Of a DNA stretch of 64,000 nucleotides, positions 39,345 through 53,608 are shown piece by piece; positions within the stretch are counted from its first letter, which is position 1, and each line of letters starts with the position of its first letter. Location: positions 166,098,001-166,162,000 of the forward strand of contig OX597817.1 of assembly GCA_951406725.2 (NCBI GenBank), read 5' to 3'. A model generated the notes under the pieces. It saw nothing but the letters and a program-made list of their open reading frames with translations. It ran no database searches and was not told the origin of the DNA. Source of the DNA: Octopus vulgaris. Its lineage: Eukaryota. Both the position numbers and the translations under genes were made by a program.

Positions 39345-41912
39345 ACTCAGATATGTTTCGACCAAAGATTGGTCCAGGTCATGTCTAACTTAATAGCACC
39401 ACCTGATAGGATTAGCTAAATCCTTTTTAAATCAAGTTTCGTTCATGGTCCATTCAAGTAGTGAGTTCTTGTTGAATGAGTTGTATCAAGGTATGTGTTG
39501 CTTACCTGGTATTCCTTGAAGAAATCTGTCCTGACTCCGTTTAAAGGTGATGGGATCCTTTTCCTCTTTGATCAGTTTTGGGACAATGTGAAACAGGGCA
39601 GGGCCTGTTGAGGAAAAGAAATTATGTCGCAGTGTACCTATATGTTGTGATCCTGAATTGGGCAGGAGAGATATGGCCCGTGGTCCCAGTCTTGGATGAA
39701 CCTTGAAGCTAATTTTCAGGTCGTTTGGGCAAAGTTGGCGGTATATTCTCCACCTCGTACAAATGATGTACAGCTTGCGGCGGCTCTGGAGAGAGTAGAG
39801 TTTCAAGGTTTTAATGCGGTCCCAGTAATCGAGATCAGCTATGCCTTCAATTCGTTTAGTGAGTGCCCTGTGGGGTGATTCAATCCTCGAGATGCTTTGT
39901 TTTGTATGAGGAGACCACAAGGGGCAGCAGTATTCGAGGTGTGGCAGCAGTACAAAGAGGAGAAAAGTGGAATGATGACACCTTGTTCTCTGGACCAGAA
40001 TGTTCTTAAGATCCAGGAGCTCATCCTACGAGTTATATTGACCTTATTGTTGATGTAGGCACTCCAACTGAGATTGTTATCAACAATTAAATCCAGGTCT
40101 CTGATATTATTAGATGCTGTGAGCGGTTCCCCTGAAGGAAGAGAGTATGGCTGTTTTCGTATAGACTTTCTTCCAAAATGCATCAGCTCAATTTTCCCTC
40201 GTTCAGTTGCATTTTGTTTTCGTCTGCCCATTGACTCGCAGCATATAGATCAGACTGGAGTTGAGTTCGGTCTTCTTCATTGATGATTTTCTGGAGCTTA
40301 GTGTCATCAGCAAATATTTTCACTTTGCAGTGATTTACGAAGCTGGAAAGGTCATTTATGTAAATCATAAAGAAGAGCGGGACCAAGACAGTCCTCTATG
40401 GGACACCACTGGTGATTTTTGCTGGGCTTGACTGGACTCCATCGACCACAACATCTTGTTTCTATTCGCCAGGAAATATTTAATCCAGTGTAGAAGTTTT
40501 CCAGGGATTCCAACATTTACCAATTTTGAGAGTAAGATATTATGGTCATCCCTGTCGAACGCTTTACTGAAGTCAAAGATATATGAAATCAGAGTTCGAA
40601 CCTGTTCCCAAGGCTTTGAGTACATCTTCAATGTGGTGCAAGAGCCATGCTGATTTGCATTTAGGAGTTTGTGGGTCTCCAGGAAGTCAGCTATCCTTGA
40701 TCTTAACACTCTTTCAAGCACTTTAATGATGTGGGAGGTGAGTGAGATTGGGCGATAGTTGATTGCGAGGGATCTGTTTCTCTGTCTGAAAACTGGGATG
40801 ACAGACTGGGATATGAGCTGTTTCGGTATATAACCTGAGTCTAAAGAATTTCTCCAAAGGTTGGTCAAAGAAACTGCAAGTTGGTGTCTACATTCTTTCA
40901 GGAGACTAGCGGAGAATCTATAAAGACAGAGCAGTATTGTTTCTGCAGTATTTCTGCCATTTCTTTAACATCGTGTTGGGGAATGACGTTATCATCGATC
41001 AATGGCCCAATGGGTGAGATAGTGGTTCTATGCATATTTGCATAAGAATAGAACACATTTGGGTTCTGTTTGATGTTTTTGATTACCTACTGTTCCTCCG
41101 CAGCTCTTTGATTTTCATTGGAGGACTTCATATCGGTTTGCAAATGAAGTTTTTCCAACTCCAAACTTTTCATTGTTGTTGGATGTGGATGTTGTATGTG
41201 GCAGTATTTTAATTGGTTGATTTTTTATTGAGTCTGTTGATGTGCCTGATGAGTGTCTTTTTTCTTCTTAGGGAACTGGTTTCTATTTGTGTTAGAGGAT
41301 TTCGTTGGAGCGTGTTTTGTAGCATGTATAGGTGACAATGTTCTCAAAGAGTTGCCATGCAGTCTCGATGTGAGTGGAACAGAGAGTGAAAGACCAGTCG
41401 ATGAACGATAGATCTTTTCTGATTGCTCCCCAGTCCGCTTTGTGGAATTTTATGTTGTCAAATGAGTGCCGTGTAGTGGGATTGGCTGATTTGGTTTTGA
41501 TATGCGGGGAATTAAAATTGCAGAGTATCATTTCGTGGTCTGAAAGGAGAGTTTTTTCAACTGAAATACTATGAACGGAGCTAGAGTGGTTGGTTAATAT
41601 TAGATCCGAGATCGTTTTATTCTGTCTTGTTGGTTCGAGCACAGATAAATTCTTCCTAACTCTAGCTGAGTCAGGAAGAATTTATCCATTCGATTAAAGA
41701 GTAATTTTGCTCCTGCTTTATCTGATGTAGAGCATTTGACTAACTTCAGAGTATTTGTGGGCCAGTTTATATGAGGGAGGTTAAAATCACCCATCACTAT
41801 TATGTTCCCGGAGTTGTATTTTTGAAGGAAGGACTTGATTTTGTTGAGGCACTCTTCAAAACACTTTAGAGATGCTTGGGGAGACCTGTAAACACCAACA
41901 ATGATAATGTCT
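39345..41912 (-). pseudogene. Degenerate CR1/L2-group LINE ORF2 (APE endonuclease plus RT)
   Basis: Motifs IIVGVYRSP, MGDFNLPHINW, DLILTN..LSDH, NYRPISLTSHIIKVLE, DFSKAFD, IYINDL..KIFADDTKL, LQSDL, WSPH..IE, LYSLQSRR. Many frameshifts; ends at (TA)n. Confidence 0.9.
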
Positions 41913-41915
41913 ATG

Positions 41916-41966
<51 letters not shown>

Positions 41967-42027
41967 ATATAAATAATATATATATTATTTATTATTTAAT
42001 TGAACGCGACGCATCCATTTCCAAGTA

Positions 42028-42088
<61 letters not shown>

Positions 42089-42539
42089 ACGCACGTACAA
42101 ACATACAATACTAGTGGGATGAGGTTGTGTGTGTGTGTTTACCCGTGTGCCTACATGTGACAAACGATTCTGTGTGAGGTAGGGATCAGATAAAATTGAC
42201 CAATGACACAAACGAAGATTACATGGGTATTAATACGGTCGTTCTCAAAGCAATTTCCAACAAGCTGCGAGAAGGAAATGAAAGGGAGATAATAAAGTGA
42301 CGTCTACACTATTGCGTTGCCGACACAAAATATAGATAAGGAAGCAGCGGAAATGAACTTATTCTTATAAGTAATTAATACTTGTGCTCAGGTATCAGTG
42401 GAGAGATTGACGGCTTAACTTCTCGTTATTTAGGTGAATATTGTTGGAGGCATATAATTGTATGTGTCGTCTGTGTATGTGTGCGTGTGTGCCTGTGTGT
42501 GTGTGTATATATGCAGCCATATGCTTATACACACATATA

Positions 42540-43310
42540 TGCATGTATGTATGTATGTATGTATGTATGTATGTATGTATGTATGTATGTATGTATGTAT
42601 GTATGTATGTATGTATGTGTGTGTATGTATGTATGTATATATGTATGTATGTATGTATTATGAATGTATGTATGTATGTATGTATGTATGTATGTATGTA
42701 TGAATGTATGAATGTATGTATGTATGTATGTATGTATGTATGTATGAATGTATGTATGTATGAATGTATGTATGTATGTATGTATGCATGTATGTATGTA
42801 TGCATGTATGTATGTATGTATGTATGTATGTATGTATGTATGTATGTATGTATGTATGTATGTATGTATGTATGTATGTATGTATGTGTGTGTGCATGTG
42901 TATGTATGTATGTATGTATGTATGTATGTATGTATGCATGCATGTATGTATGTATGTATGTATGTATGTATGCATGTATGTATGTATGTATGTACGTACG
43001 TATGTATGTATGTATGTATGTATGTATGTATGTATGTATGTATGTATGTATGTATGTATGTATGTATGTATGTATGTATGTATGTATGTATGTATGTATG
43101 TATGTATGTATGTATGTATGTATGTATGTATGTATGTATGTATGTATGCATGTATGTATGTATGTATGTATGTATGCATGCATGTATGTATGTATGTATG
43201 TATGTATGTATGTATGTATGTATGTATGTATGTATGTATGTATGTATGTATGTATGTATGTATGTATGTATGTATGTATGTATGTATGCATGTATGTATG
43301 TATATGCGTA
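42540..43310. repeat. ~770-bp (ATGT)n tetranucleotide array
   Basis: Seen directly. Confidence 0.95.
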
Positions 43311-43469
43311 TGTATATATATTTTAGTGGCGAGTTATACACGCACACACATTCACACAGTGTGTGCATGAGAAGGAAAAAGAGAGAGGGGTAGAGATAAG
43401 GAGGAAGAGAGGGAGGGAGACAAGAGAGATGGAGAAAATTAATGATAAACACTTATTCAGTTCTCTCTC

Positions 43470-43510
<41 letters not shown>

Positions 43511-43641
43511 TCTCTCTCTCTCTCTATTGCTTCTCTGCACATATTTCACATTCATTACCTCTTTCTTTCTCTCTCTTGTCATCACTGCTCATATATCTTA
43601 TTGCACTCTCTCTCTCTCTCTCTCTCTATTCCCCTATTTCA

Positions 43642-43688
<47 letters not shown>

Positions 43689-45730
43689 TGTGTGAGAGAG
43701 AGAGAGAGAGCGAGAGAGAGGGAGTAAGGCGGTGTTAGAAAGAGAAAGAAAGGGAAAAAAGAATGACATACTCGCAATTAGCATCGAACTAGAATGTAAA
43801 ACGCGCTGCTGCTGGGAATATTAAATGTTAACCAGGAAAAATCATGCGGCGAAGAGAAAAATATTAATCAGCGTCAATTATTTTCAACTCTTCGACAAAT
43901 AAGAATGATATATCAGGATATGTTTCAGACTTATGCTCACCTCATAAGTGAAGCATAACTGCCATACTACTGCCAATAGAAGAGTAACCTAATTGCTGGA
44001 AACTGAGCGAACTAAAAAGCTATTCGGAATACAAATGTGATTGTTAAGTTATATACATATATACACATAATAATGTACATTTAAACACAAGAGAAAACTG
44101 CCTTCAACAGGTAGTTTTTACACGCTAGAAGTAGTCAAAACGACCAAAACCACATTTAAGAGCAATCTTCAAAAGGAATGACAAATAAAAACTTTTACTT
44201 TGTTATTTTAATCTGGTCAGACCTAGGTTTCAAAATTTTTTTTAGCAAATAAAATAATTTGCAAGGCGAATTTCTCATCAGTGACCGCGCCATAACACTA
44301 ACATATAATTAAGAGACGAATAACACGTGTCTCATCGTTATACATTATAATTTTTCTAATTCACCGCACAAGCGCAGTGTCAGTCAGTTTACACAATAAA
44401 ACAATTATCGCATAATGTTTTTCTTTTAGAGCGATGCAGTTTAAGTATAAGAAGAGAGTAATTTTTGCAGACTGAGTGAACTATGAGGTAATTTGGCAAT
44501 TGAATAAGACAGTTAAATGTTTAGAAGTGTTAGACTATATGTCAAAAGTATTAGACTATATATCAAAACATAATTTTAAAATTTTGGAAGGTGGTGAGCT
44601 GGCAGAATTGTTAGCATGCCGGATATAATGCTTAGCGATATTTCGTCCGTCTTTACGTTCTGAATCCAAATTCTGCCGAGGCCCACTTTGCCATTCATCC
44701 TTTTGGAGGAGTCGAGGTGGTGACGCCTCCAGGTCTAACGGGATGGAGGTACGTAAATACCGACCTGCACACCAGCGGCTTTTGGTAGATACAAAGTCCT
44801 GTCAGCGATGGTTTTCCATGCGTAATGAGCAGAGAGCTATCATGTATGTATGCATGGTGTAGTTATGTATATATGTACACATATATTGTCAGCTAAACCC
44901 AGCTGGCTGCATCTACAAAATTCTATTTGTGACAAGCACCAGTTGAGCACTGGGGTTGATATAATCGACTTACCACCTGCTCCGAAATTGCTGGCCTTCT
45001 GCGAAAAATTTGAAACGAACATCTTAGCGGGATGCAGGTGATTTCCAGTAGAATCGTTAACGTCAGTTTCCGAAGTTTGAATAAGTTTGATAACATTACT
45101 TATTGTCCTCAAACGTTAAAAATTATCCCATTTGAAAATGCTCAAAAACGTCGAACACCTATAATCAAATATCTGGACGTCTGCACGGCTTCAATAGAAG
45201 TGAGATTTTATGGGCACTGAGAGGAAATTCCGCATTGAGCTCAAAATCATTGCTCAATTGAGTGAAGCGTTGAAACGGCTGGGATTAAGAAGTCAATCCA
45301 TATTTGTCTTTAGATGTTCAAATGTATTTCAGCATTTTGAAAGTTATGGTAAGAATGGATTTAGAAGATTTTTAATAACTGCGAAAAATGTATAAAGACC
45401 AACTCTATAGTCATTATACTAAGTCCTCTGCACATTGATATTTGAAACTTACTATCTAATATGTATAACATATGCAACGCATTTTTCGTGGCAATGGCGA
45501 TTTGACGTCTATGTTTAGCATATAGGCGGTCCACTTTAGTGGTCAGTCCTCTAAATTTTGTATGTAACACAATTTGTAATCTTCGTTTTTTTTTTTAAAT
45601 ATGCTAAGCCGCTGGTTTTAATTGATTAATATCAATTACAACCCTGATTATTTAATTTATATATGTATATATATATATCAGTATATATATATATGTGTGT
45701 GTGTATGTATATATATATACACGAATGATA

Positions 45731-45781
<51 letters not shown>

Positions 45782-45858
45782 ATGCACATATATATACACG
45801 ATATGTATGTATGTATACATACATATATACATACATACATACATAACATATGCATATC

Positions 45859-45890
<32 letters not shown>

Positions 45891-45914
45891 TATATGTGTA
45901 CATTATATATACAT

Positions 45915-45946
<32 letters not shown>

Positions 45947-46573
45947 CATGCATGCGCGCGCCACACACACACACACCCAAACACACATATTCCACCTACA
46001 TATAAAAAACTGTTAGGCCACCATCAGTTAGTCACCAGTCTCGCTTCTTTCACATCCTACCACCCAACGCCACCCGTGGACATAATCCATTTCTTGATAT
46101 TATTCATTTATTGCTATTGTGGTTGTTGTTGTTGTTTTTGCTTTTCCATTCTATTTAAATATAGCCAGTAATGAAACAAGTTGCTTGTAATAATAGTAAA
46201 TTAATGAAATATCTCCACCATTAATTTCAGAGAGACGGTTTCAATTTCATCTCTTATCACAATGTATTTCAAACAGACATCTTCCTCATGTCCTCTACTG
46301 TTACAAGCGATAAAGCAGAGTGTCGCTTTAAAACCCGTTGTCACAGACGGAACTAAAGAGGAAACGGAGACAACTAAATCTACAAGTTCATGCTGAATGT
46401 ATTTCGCTCTGAAAACTGTCTGCTTTATGTCTGATTGTCCTATATATTTATTTCTCTATCTGTATATATTTTTGGTCTTGTTTCAGTGTTTGTTTCTATT
46501 TTGTGTGTTGTTATTTTGATTGATTGTTTTTTTTTTATATATATATTTCCATGTCTGTCTCTCAATGTAATGA

Positions 46574-47190
46574 AAGGCGGTGAGCTGGTAGAAACGTTAA
46601 CACGCCGGGCGAAATGCTCAGCGGTATTTCGTCTGCCGTTACGTTCTGAGTTCAAATTCCGCCGAAGTCGACTTTGCCTTTAATCCTTTCGTGGTCGATA
46701 AATTAAGTACCAGTTACGCCCTGGAGTCTATATAATCGACTTAATCCGTTTGTCTGTCCTTGTTTGTCCCCTCTATGTTAGCCCTTTGTGGGTAATAAAG
46801 AAATAGGTATTTCGTCTGCCGCTACGTTCTGAGTTCAAATTCCGCCGAGGTCGACTTAGCCTTTCATCTTTACGAGGTCGATAAATTAAGTACCAGTTAC
46901 GCACTGGGGTCGATATAATCGACTTAATCCGTTTGTCTGTCCTTGTTTTTCCCCTCTATGTTAGCCCCTTGTGGGTAATAAAGAAATATGTATTTCGTCT
47001 GCCGCTACGTTCTGAGTTCAAATTCCGCCGAGGTCGAATTTGCCTTTCATCCTTTCGGGGTCGATTAAATAAGTACCAGTTACGCATTAGAGTCTATATA
47101 ATCGACTTAATCCGTCTGTCTGTCCTTGTTTGTCCCCTCTGTGTTTAGGCCCTTGTGGGTAGTAATGAAATAGGTATTTCGCCCGCCGAA
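46574..47190 (+). mobile_element. SINE family 2 head followed by three tandem ~182-bp body units
   Basis: Units start GGTATTTCGTCTGCCG at ~46623, 46806 and 46989. Confidence 0.85.
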
Positions 47191-47704
47191 ACACTGATTT
47201 CGATGCAATCGACTAGTCCCCTTCCTAAAATTACAAGCCTTATGCATTTAGTGGAGGGGATTATAACATTTGCAATGAAGGCGGCGAGCTGACAGAATCG
47301 TCAAGAACGCCGGGCAAAATATTTAGCGGCATTTCGTCCGTCTTTCAGTTTTTGTTTACGAAAATCAGTCACAAAGCTCTGGTCACCCAGAGTCTAGAGC
47401 AGAAGACACCTGTTCAAGTTGCCATACATTGCGACTGGGTCTGGAATCATGTGGCAAGGAAAGTTCTTACCACAACCACTGTGAGTCTGTGTGTGTGTGT
47501 GTGAACGTCTGCATGTGCGTGTGTGTGTGTGCATGTGTGTATGTGTGTGTGTGCGTGTGTGTGCGTCTGTGTGCGTGGGCGCACGCGTTTGGTAATTAGA
47601 AAGACTTAAAACTTGTCAATACCTCTTGATTTTACTAAACGAGTTATTGAACGAGATTGGTTTGCAACTAATTAATTACAAATTAATTAGTGAGCACTTA
47701 TGTT

Positions 47705-48120
47705 ATTTTTTTATTGCCCACAAGGGGCTAAATACAAAGGGGACAAACAAGGACAGACAAACGGATTAACTCGATTACATCGACCCCTGTGCGTAACTGG
47801 TACTTATTTAATCGATCCCGAAAGGAGGAAAGGCAAAGTCGACCTCGGCGGAATTTGAACTCAGAACGTAGCGGCAGACGAGATACCTATTTCTTTACTA
47901 CCCACAAGGAGCTAAACACAGAGAGGACAAACAAGGACAGACAAACGGATTAAGTCGATTATATCGAACCCAGGGCCTAATTGGTACTTAATTTATCGAT
48001 CCCGAAAGGATGAAAGCCAAAGTCGACCACGGCGGAATTTGAACTCAGAACGTAGCGGCAGATGAAATACCGCTAAGCATTTCGCCCGAAGTACTAAAGA
48101 TTCTGCCAGCTCGCCGCCTT
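47705..48120 (-). mobile_element. SINE family 2 dimer with an 11-bp TSD
   Basis: Two body units plus a head. TSD GCACTTATGTT at 47694-47704 and 48126-48136. Confidence 0.85.
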
Positions 48121-51100
48121 ATGTTGCACTTATGTTGTAGGGTCTATGACCAATGACCCTCGTTAATAAATGAGCAGTGAGAACGTATCTGAAAAGTGAC
48201 CCCATACAAACCTATACTCTTACTCTTTTACTTGTTTCAGTCATTTGACTGCGGCCATGCTGGAACACCGCCTTTAGTCGAGCAAATCGACCCCGGGACT
48301 TATTCTTTGTAAGCCCAGTACTTATTCTATCGGTCTCTTTGGCCGAACCGCTAAGTGACGGGGACGTAAGCACACCAGCATCGGTTGTCAAGCAATGCTA
48401 GGGGGACAAACACAGACACACAAACATATACACACACACTTATATATATATATATATATATACATATATACGACAGGCTTCTTTCAGTTTCCGTCTACCA
48501 AATCCACTCACAAGGCATTGGTCGACCCGGGCTATAGCAGAAGACACTTGCCCAAGATGCCACGCAGTGAGACTGAACCCGGAACCATGTGGTTGGTTAG
48601 CAAGTTACTTACCACACAGCCACTCCTGCGCCTATGCTTATATTTACTTTACGGGAACCTACAAAGACATCGAGATGTTTCTGCAAATAGTTACTTCAAA
48701 CGCTTCAGTAGAAAGAGTGCATTTGCCGTGATTACTTGTAGTACTGAAATATACATGTATAAAAGTTGGCGAGCTGGCAGAAACGTCGGGCGAAATGCTT
48801 TGCGGTATTTCGTCTGCCGTTACGTTCTGAGTTCAAATTCCGTCGAGGTCGACTTTGCCTTTCATCCTTTCGGGGTCGATAAATTAAGTACCAGTTAGGC
48901 ACTGGGGTCGATATAATCGACTTCATCCGTTTGTCTGTCCTTGTTTGTCCTCTCTGTGTTTAGCCCCTTGTGGGTAGTAAAGAAATAGGTATTTCGTCTG
49001 CCGCTACGTTCTGAGTTTCAATTCCGCCGAGGTCGACTTTCCCTATCATCCTTTCGTGGTCGATTAAATAAATACCAGTTACGCACTGGGATCGATATAA
49101 TCGACTTAATCCGTTTGTCTGTCCTTGTTTGTCTCCTCTGTGTGTAGCCCCTTGTGGGCAGTCAACAAATAAGAAATATACAGGTAAGTTTCCGAAGATA
49201 TTCACTTCAATTCAATATATGCTGAAGCAAAATGAAAATCTATCGCCAATTTCAAAAAGTTCCTTGGGCCATGAAACAGCAGATACGTTCCTTTATGTTG
49301 GGAGCTGAAATTATTCATTGTTAAAAAACCATTTGTGTGTCATGAGTTAGTTGGGATGCCTTAAGGAATTCTCTATTTCTGCTAGAAATAGCAACTAAAT
49401 CGTTTTTGAACCACATAGTAGAACTTTTAAAGATGAAAGCATTAGATTATATAGTTCCGAGTACTTTTATTTCATAAACGAAATATGGAAAAAGAAAAGA
49501 ACAGACTAGATAGTCTAGGCTAGACTGAATTCGTTTCATAGATGCGGCATGATCAGAGCTCACTTGGAGACGAAAGAAGAAAATGAAAAAAATTATAGGT
49601 TATTTTCTGGGTGCCCTCATGTGATCGATTCAATATATTTTCCCTGTATTAAGGTAATTTCGGATTCCTTATGACAGTATGTAAGAAATAATACTAAATA
49701 CACAAGAATGTGAGATTTGTTTTATAAAGTAGACCTATCCACATAAAAATTATGATTTATTTACAAAAAACCGTAAATAAATGGCAGTGACAAATGTTGA
49801 AGTAAAGGTCAAATATCAGTTGTTATAGTAACAGATTTAAGGGATAGGTATGTAGATATTGCTACGAAGTAATTAGTCAAAGACTGTTCAAACTTGTAAA
49901 TGTCACCCCAAGAGAAGGGCTTCTTATTTTAATATGAGCACACGTGTAAGTAAGCATACATACCTTCTATTATTGAAACTGAGTGTATTTGTAAATACAG
50001 TTGTCGTTGTCATAAGTAAACATACGGTATGTATGGCAATTATAAAGTGTTTATATATATATACATACACACACACAGGTACTTAATTTATCGATCCCGA
50101 AAGGATGAAAGCCAAAGTCACACACATATATATATATATGTATTTAAAATACCGCTAAGCATTTCGCCCGAAGTACTAAAGATTCTGCCAGCTCGCCGCC
50201 TTATGTTGCACTTATGTTGTAGGGTCTATGACCAATGACCCTCGTTAATAAATGAGCAGTAAGAACGTATCTGAAAAGGGACCACATACAAACCTATACA
50301 CTTACACTTTTACTTGTTTCAGTCATTTGACTGCGGCCATGCTGGAACACCGCCTTTAGTCGAGCAACTCGACCCCGGAACTTATTCTTTGTAAGCCCAG
50401 TACTTATTCCATCGGTCTCTTTTGCCGAACCGCTAAGTGACGGGGACGTAAATACACCAGCATCGGTTGTCAAGCAATGCTAGGGGGACAAACACAGACA
50501 CACAAACATATACACACACACTTATATATATATATATATATATACATATATACGACAGGCTTCTTTCAGTTTCCGTCTACCAAATCCACTCACAAGGCAT
50601 TGGTCGACCCGGGCTATAGCAGAAGACACTTGCCCAAGATGCCACGCAGTGGGACTGAACCCGGAATCATGTGGTTGGTTAGCAAGTTACTTACCACACT
50701 GCCACTCCTGCGCCTATGCTTATATTTACTTTACGGGAACCTACAAAGACATCGACATGTTTCTGCAAATAGTTACTTCAAACGCTTGTGTAGAAAGAGT
50801 GCATTTGCAGTGATTACTTGTAGTACTGAAATATACATGTATAAAAGTTGGCGAGCTGGCAGAAACGTCGGGCGAAATGCTTAGCGGTATTTTGTCTGCC
50901 GTTACGTTCTGAGTTCAAATTCCGTCGAGGTCGACTTTGCGTTTCATCCTTTCGGGGTCGATAAATTAAGCACCAGTTAGGCACTGGGGTCGATATAATC
51001 GACTTAATCCGTTTGTCTGTCCTTGTTTGTCCTCTCTGTGTTTAGCCCCTTGTGGGTAGTAAAGAAATAGGTATTTCGTCTGCCGCTACGTTCTGAGTTT

Positions 51101-52346
51101 CAATTCCGCCGAGGTCGACTTTCCCTATCATCCTTTCGGGGTCGATTAAATTAAGTACCAGTTAGGCACTGGGGTCGATATAATCGACTTAATCCATTTG
51201 TCTGTCCTTGTTTGTCCTCTCTGTGTTTAGCCCCTTGTGGGTAGTAAAGAAATAGGTATTTCGTATGCCGCTACGTTCTGAGTTTAAATTCCGCCGAGGT
51301 TGATTTTGCCTTTCATCCTTTCGGGGTCGATTAAATAAATACCAGTTACACACTGGGGTGGATATAATCGACTTAATCCGTTAGTCTGTCCTTGTTTGTC
51401 TCCTCTGTGTGTAGCCCCTTGTGGGCAGTCAACAAATAAGAAATATACTGGTAAGTTTCCGAAGATATTCACTTCAATTCAATATATGCTGAAGCAAAAT
51501 GAAAATCTATCGCCAATCTTCAAAAAATTCCTTGGGCCATGAAACAGCAGATACGTTCCTTTACGTTGGGAGCTGAAATTATTCATTGTTAAAAAAACAT
51601 TTGTGTGTCATGAGTTAGTTGGGATGCCTTAAGGAATTCTCTATTTCTGCTAGAAATAGCAACCAAATCGTTTTTGAACCACATAGTAGAACTTTTAAAG
51701 ATGAATGCATTAGATTATATAGTTCCGAGTACTTTTATTTCATAAACGAAATATGGAAAAAGAAAAGAACAGACTAGATAGTCTAGGCTAGACTGAATTC
51801 GTTTCATAGATGCGGCATGATCAGAGCTCACTTGGAGATGAAAGAAGAAAATGAAAAAATTATAGGTTATATTCTGGGTGCCCTCATGTGATCGATTCAA
51901 TATATTTTCCCTGTATGAAAATAATGTCGGATTCCTTATGACAGCGTGTAAGAAATAATACTAAATACACAAGAATGTGAGATTTGTTTTAGACCTATCC
52001 ACATAAAAGTAGACCTATCCACATAAAAATTATGATTTATTTACAAAAAACCGTAAATAAATGGCAGTGACAAATGTTGAAGTAAAGGTCAAATATCAGT
52101 TGTTATAGTAACAGATTTAAGGGATAGGTATGTAGATATTGTTACGAAGTAATTAGTCAAAGACTGTTCAAACTTGTAAATGTCACCCCAAGAGAAGGGC
52201 TTCTTATTTTAATATGAGCACACGTGTAAGTAAGCATACATACCTTCTATTATTGAAACTGAGTGTATTTGTAAATACAGTTGTCGTTGTCATAAGTAAA
52301 CATACGGTATGTATGGCAATTATAAAGTGTTTATATATATATACAT

Positions 52347-52350
<4 letters not shown>
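47983..52350. repeat. High-identity tandem duplication (~2.1 kb and ~2.3 kb copies)
   Basis: 47983-50077 is repeated at 50078-52350, including SINE family 1 (48216-48633 / 50297-50715), SINE family 2 (48768-49177 / 50850-51445) and about 900 bp of unique sequence. Confidence 0.95.
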
Positions 52351-52378
<28 letters not shown>

Positions 52379-52389
52379 GTATTTATGTA

Positions 52390-52443
<54 letters not shown>

Positions 52444-52491
52444 TGTATGTATGTATGTATCTATGTATATATATATATATATATGTATATG

Positions 52492-52680
52492 AAATTATAA
52501 TTTAGGGTAACTAAGAGACACCACCATGCTGGAAATAGTAGCTAAAACATGACTCTAAAACCACATTAAATGTTCATACAGCTCCTGATGCTGTATGCAA
52601 ATTTAATGTGGTTTTAGAGTCAAGTCTTGGCTGCTATTCCTAGCGTGGTGGTATCTCTTAGATAGCCTAAATTATAATTT
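52492..52680. repeat. 189-bp imperfect palindrome
   Basis: ~91-bp arms AAATTATAATTTAGG...CATACAGC and GCTGTATG...CCTAAATTATAATTT around the loop TCCTGAT. Confidence 0.9.
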
Positions 52681-52794
52681 TAATAATAGTTATTACTTTT
52701 GAAGGTCTTTATTCCCATGCTGGCCACGTGATAAGATCGATATTTAAATAACGATCTTATCCTTATTTATATATATGTATATATGTAAATATCT

Positions 52795-52856
<62 letters not shown>

Positions 52857-53557
52857 GCTATATATAAAAAGATAGATATATGTGTGTGTGTGTGTATGTA
52901 TAAATACATGAATATATGTAGAGAGAGAGAGAGAGAGGGAGACAGACAGACAGACAGACAGAGAAAGGAAGAAATATAAAAAGAGAGAGAGAGAAAGAAT
53001 AGATAGATAGATAAATAGAGAGATATATATACAGACAGATAGACATAGATACATATATGCATATACGCATATAAGTATGTATGTGTGTATGCATGTATGT
53101 GTGTGTGTGTGTGTATGTATAAGTATAGATATGTATATATGAATGTACGTACGTACTTATGTATGTTTTGCATATATGTATGTATGTATGTATGTATTTA
53201 TGTATGTATTTATATATGTATGTATGTATGTAAGTATGTATATGAGCTAACTATGAGTTTATTCAACATATTCCTCTTTCATATTTCTACACTCATTACT
53301 CTGACCCATCAGACTGTCTAAGCATTGTAATAGAATTCGTTGTGTTGGGCCTCTAACCAAGCCTTTCGCGCTACACTAAAAACCAGGAACTTCTCAGCAC
53401 CGCTCCATATATATATATATATATCACCCCACATTATTTTATGGTTAATACCATAAAGCTTTCTGGTGCATCTAAGCTAAGTACCGCATTCATGTGAATT
53501 CATTGGAACTCACTTGAATCTTAATTATTTTTACTGAAATTATATATATATACATGT

Positions 53558-53608
<51 letters not shown>

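Noticed and set aside
39350-39385. Hairpin GACCAA-AGA-TTGGTC next to GAAAC at the LINE 3' end
   Set aside because: There is no CUGANGA core; it is more likely the usual 3' recognition stem-loop of CR1/L2-group LINEs.
42395-43452. ORFs of 200-300 aa
   Set aside because: They are translations of the (ATGT)n array.
48395-50884. Duplicated 167-aa and 135-aa ORFs
   Set aside because: They are antisense read-through of SINE family 1 into SINE family 2, and the same pseudo-peptides recur wherever these SINEs occur.
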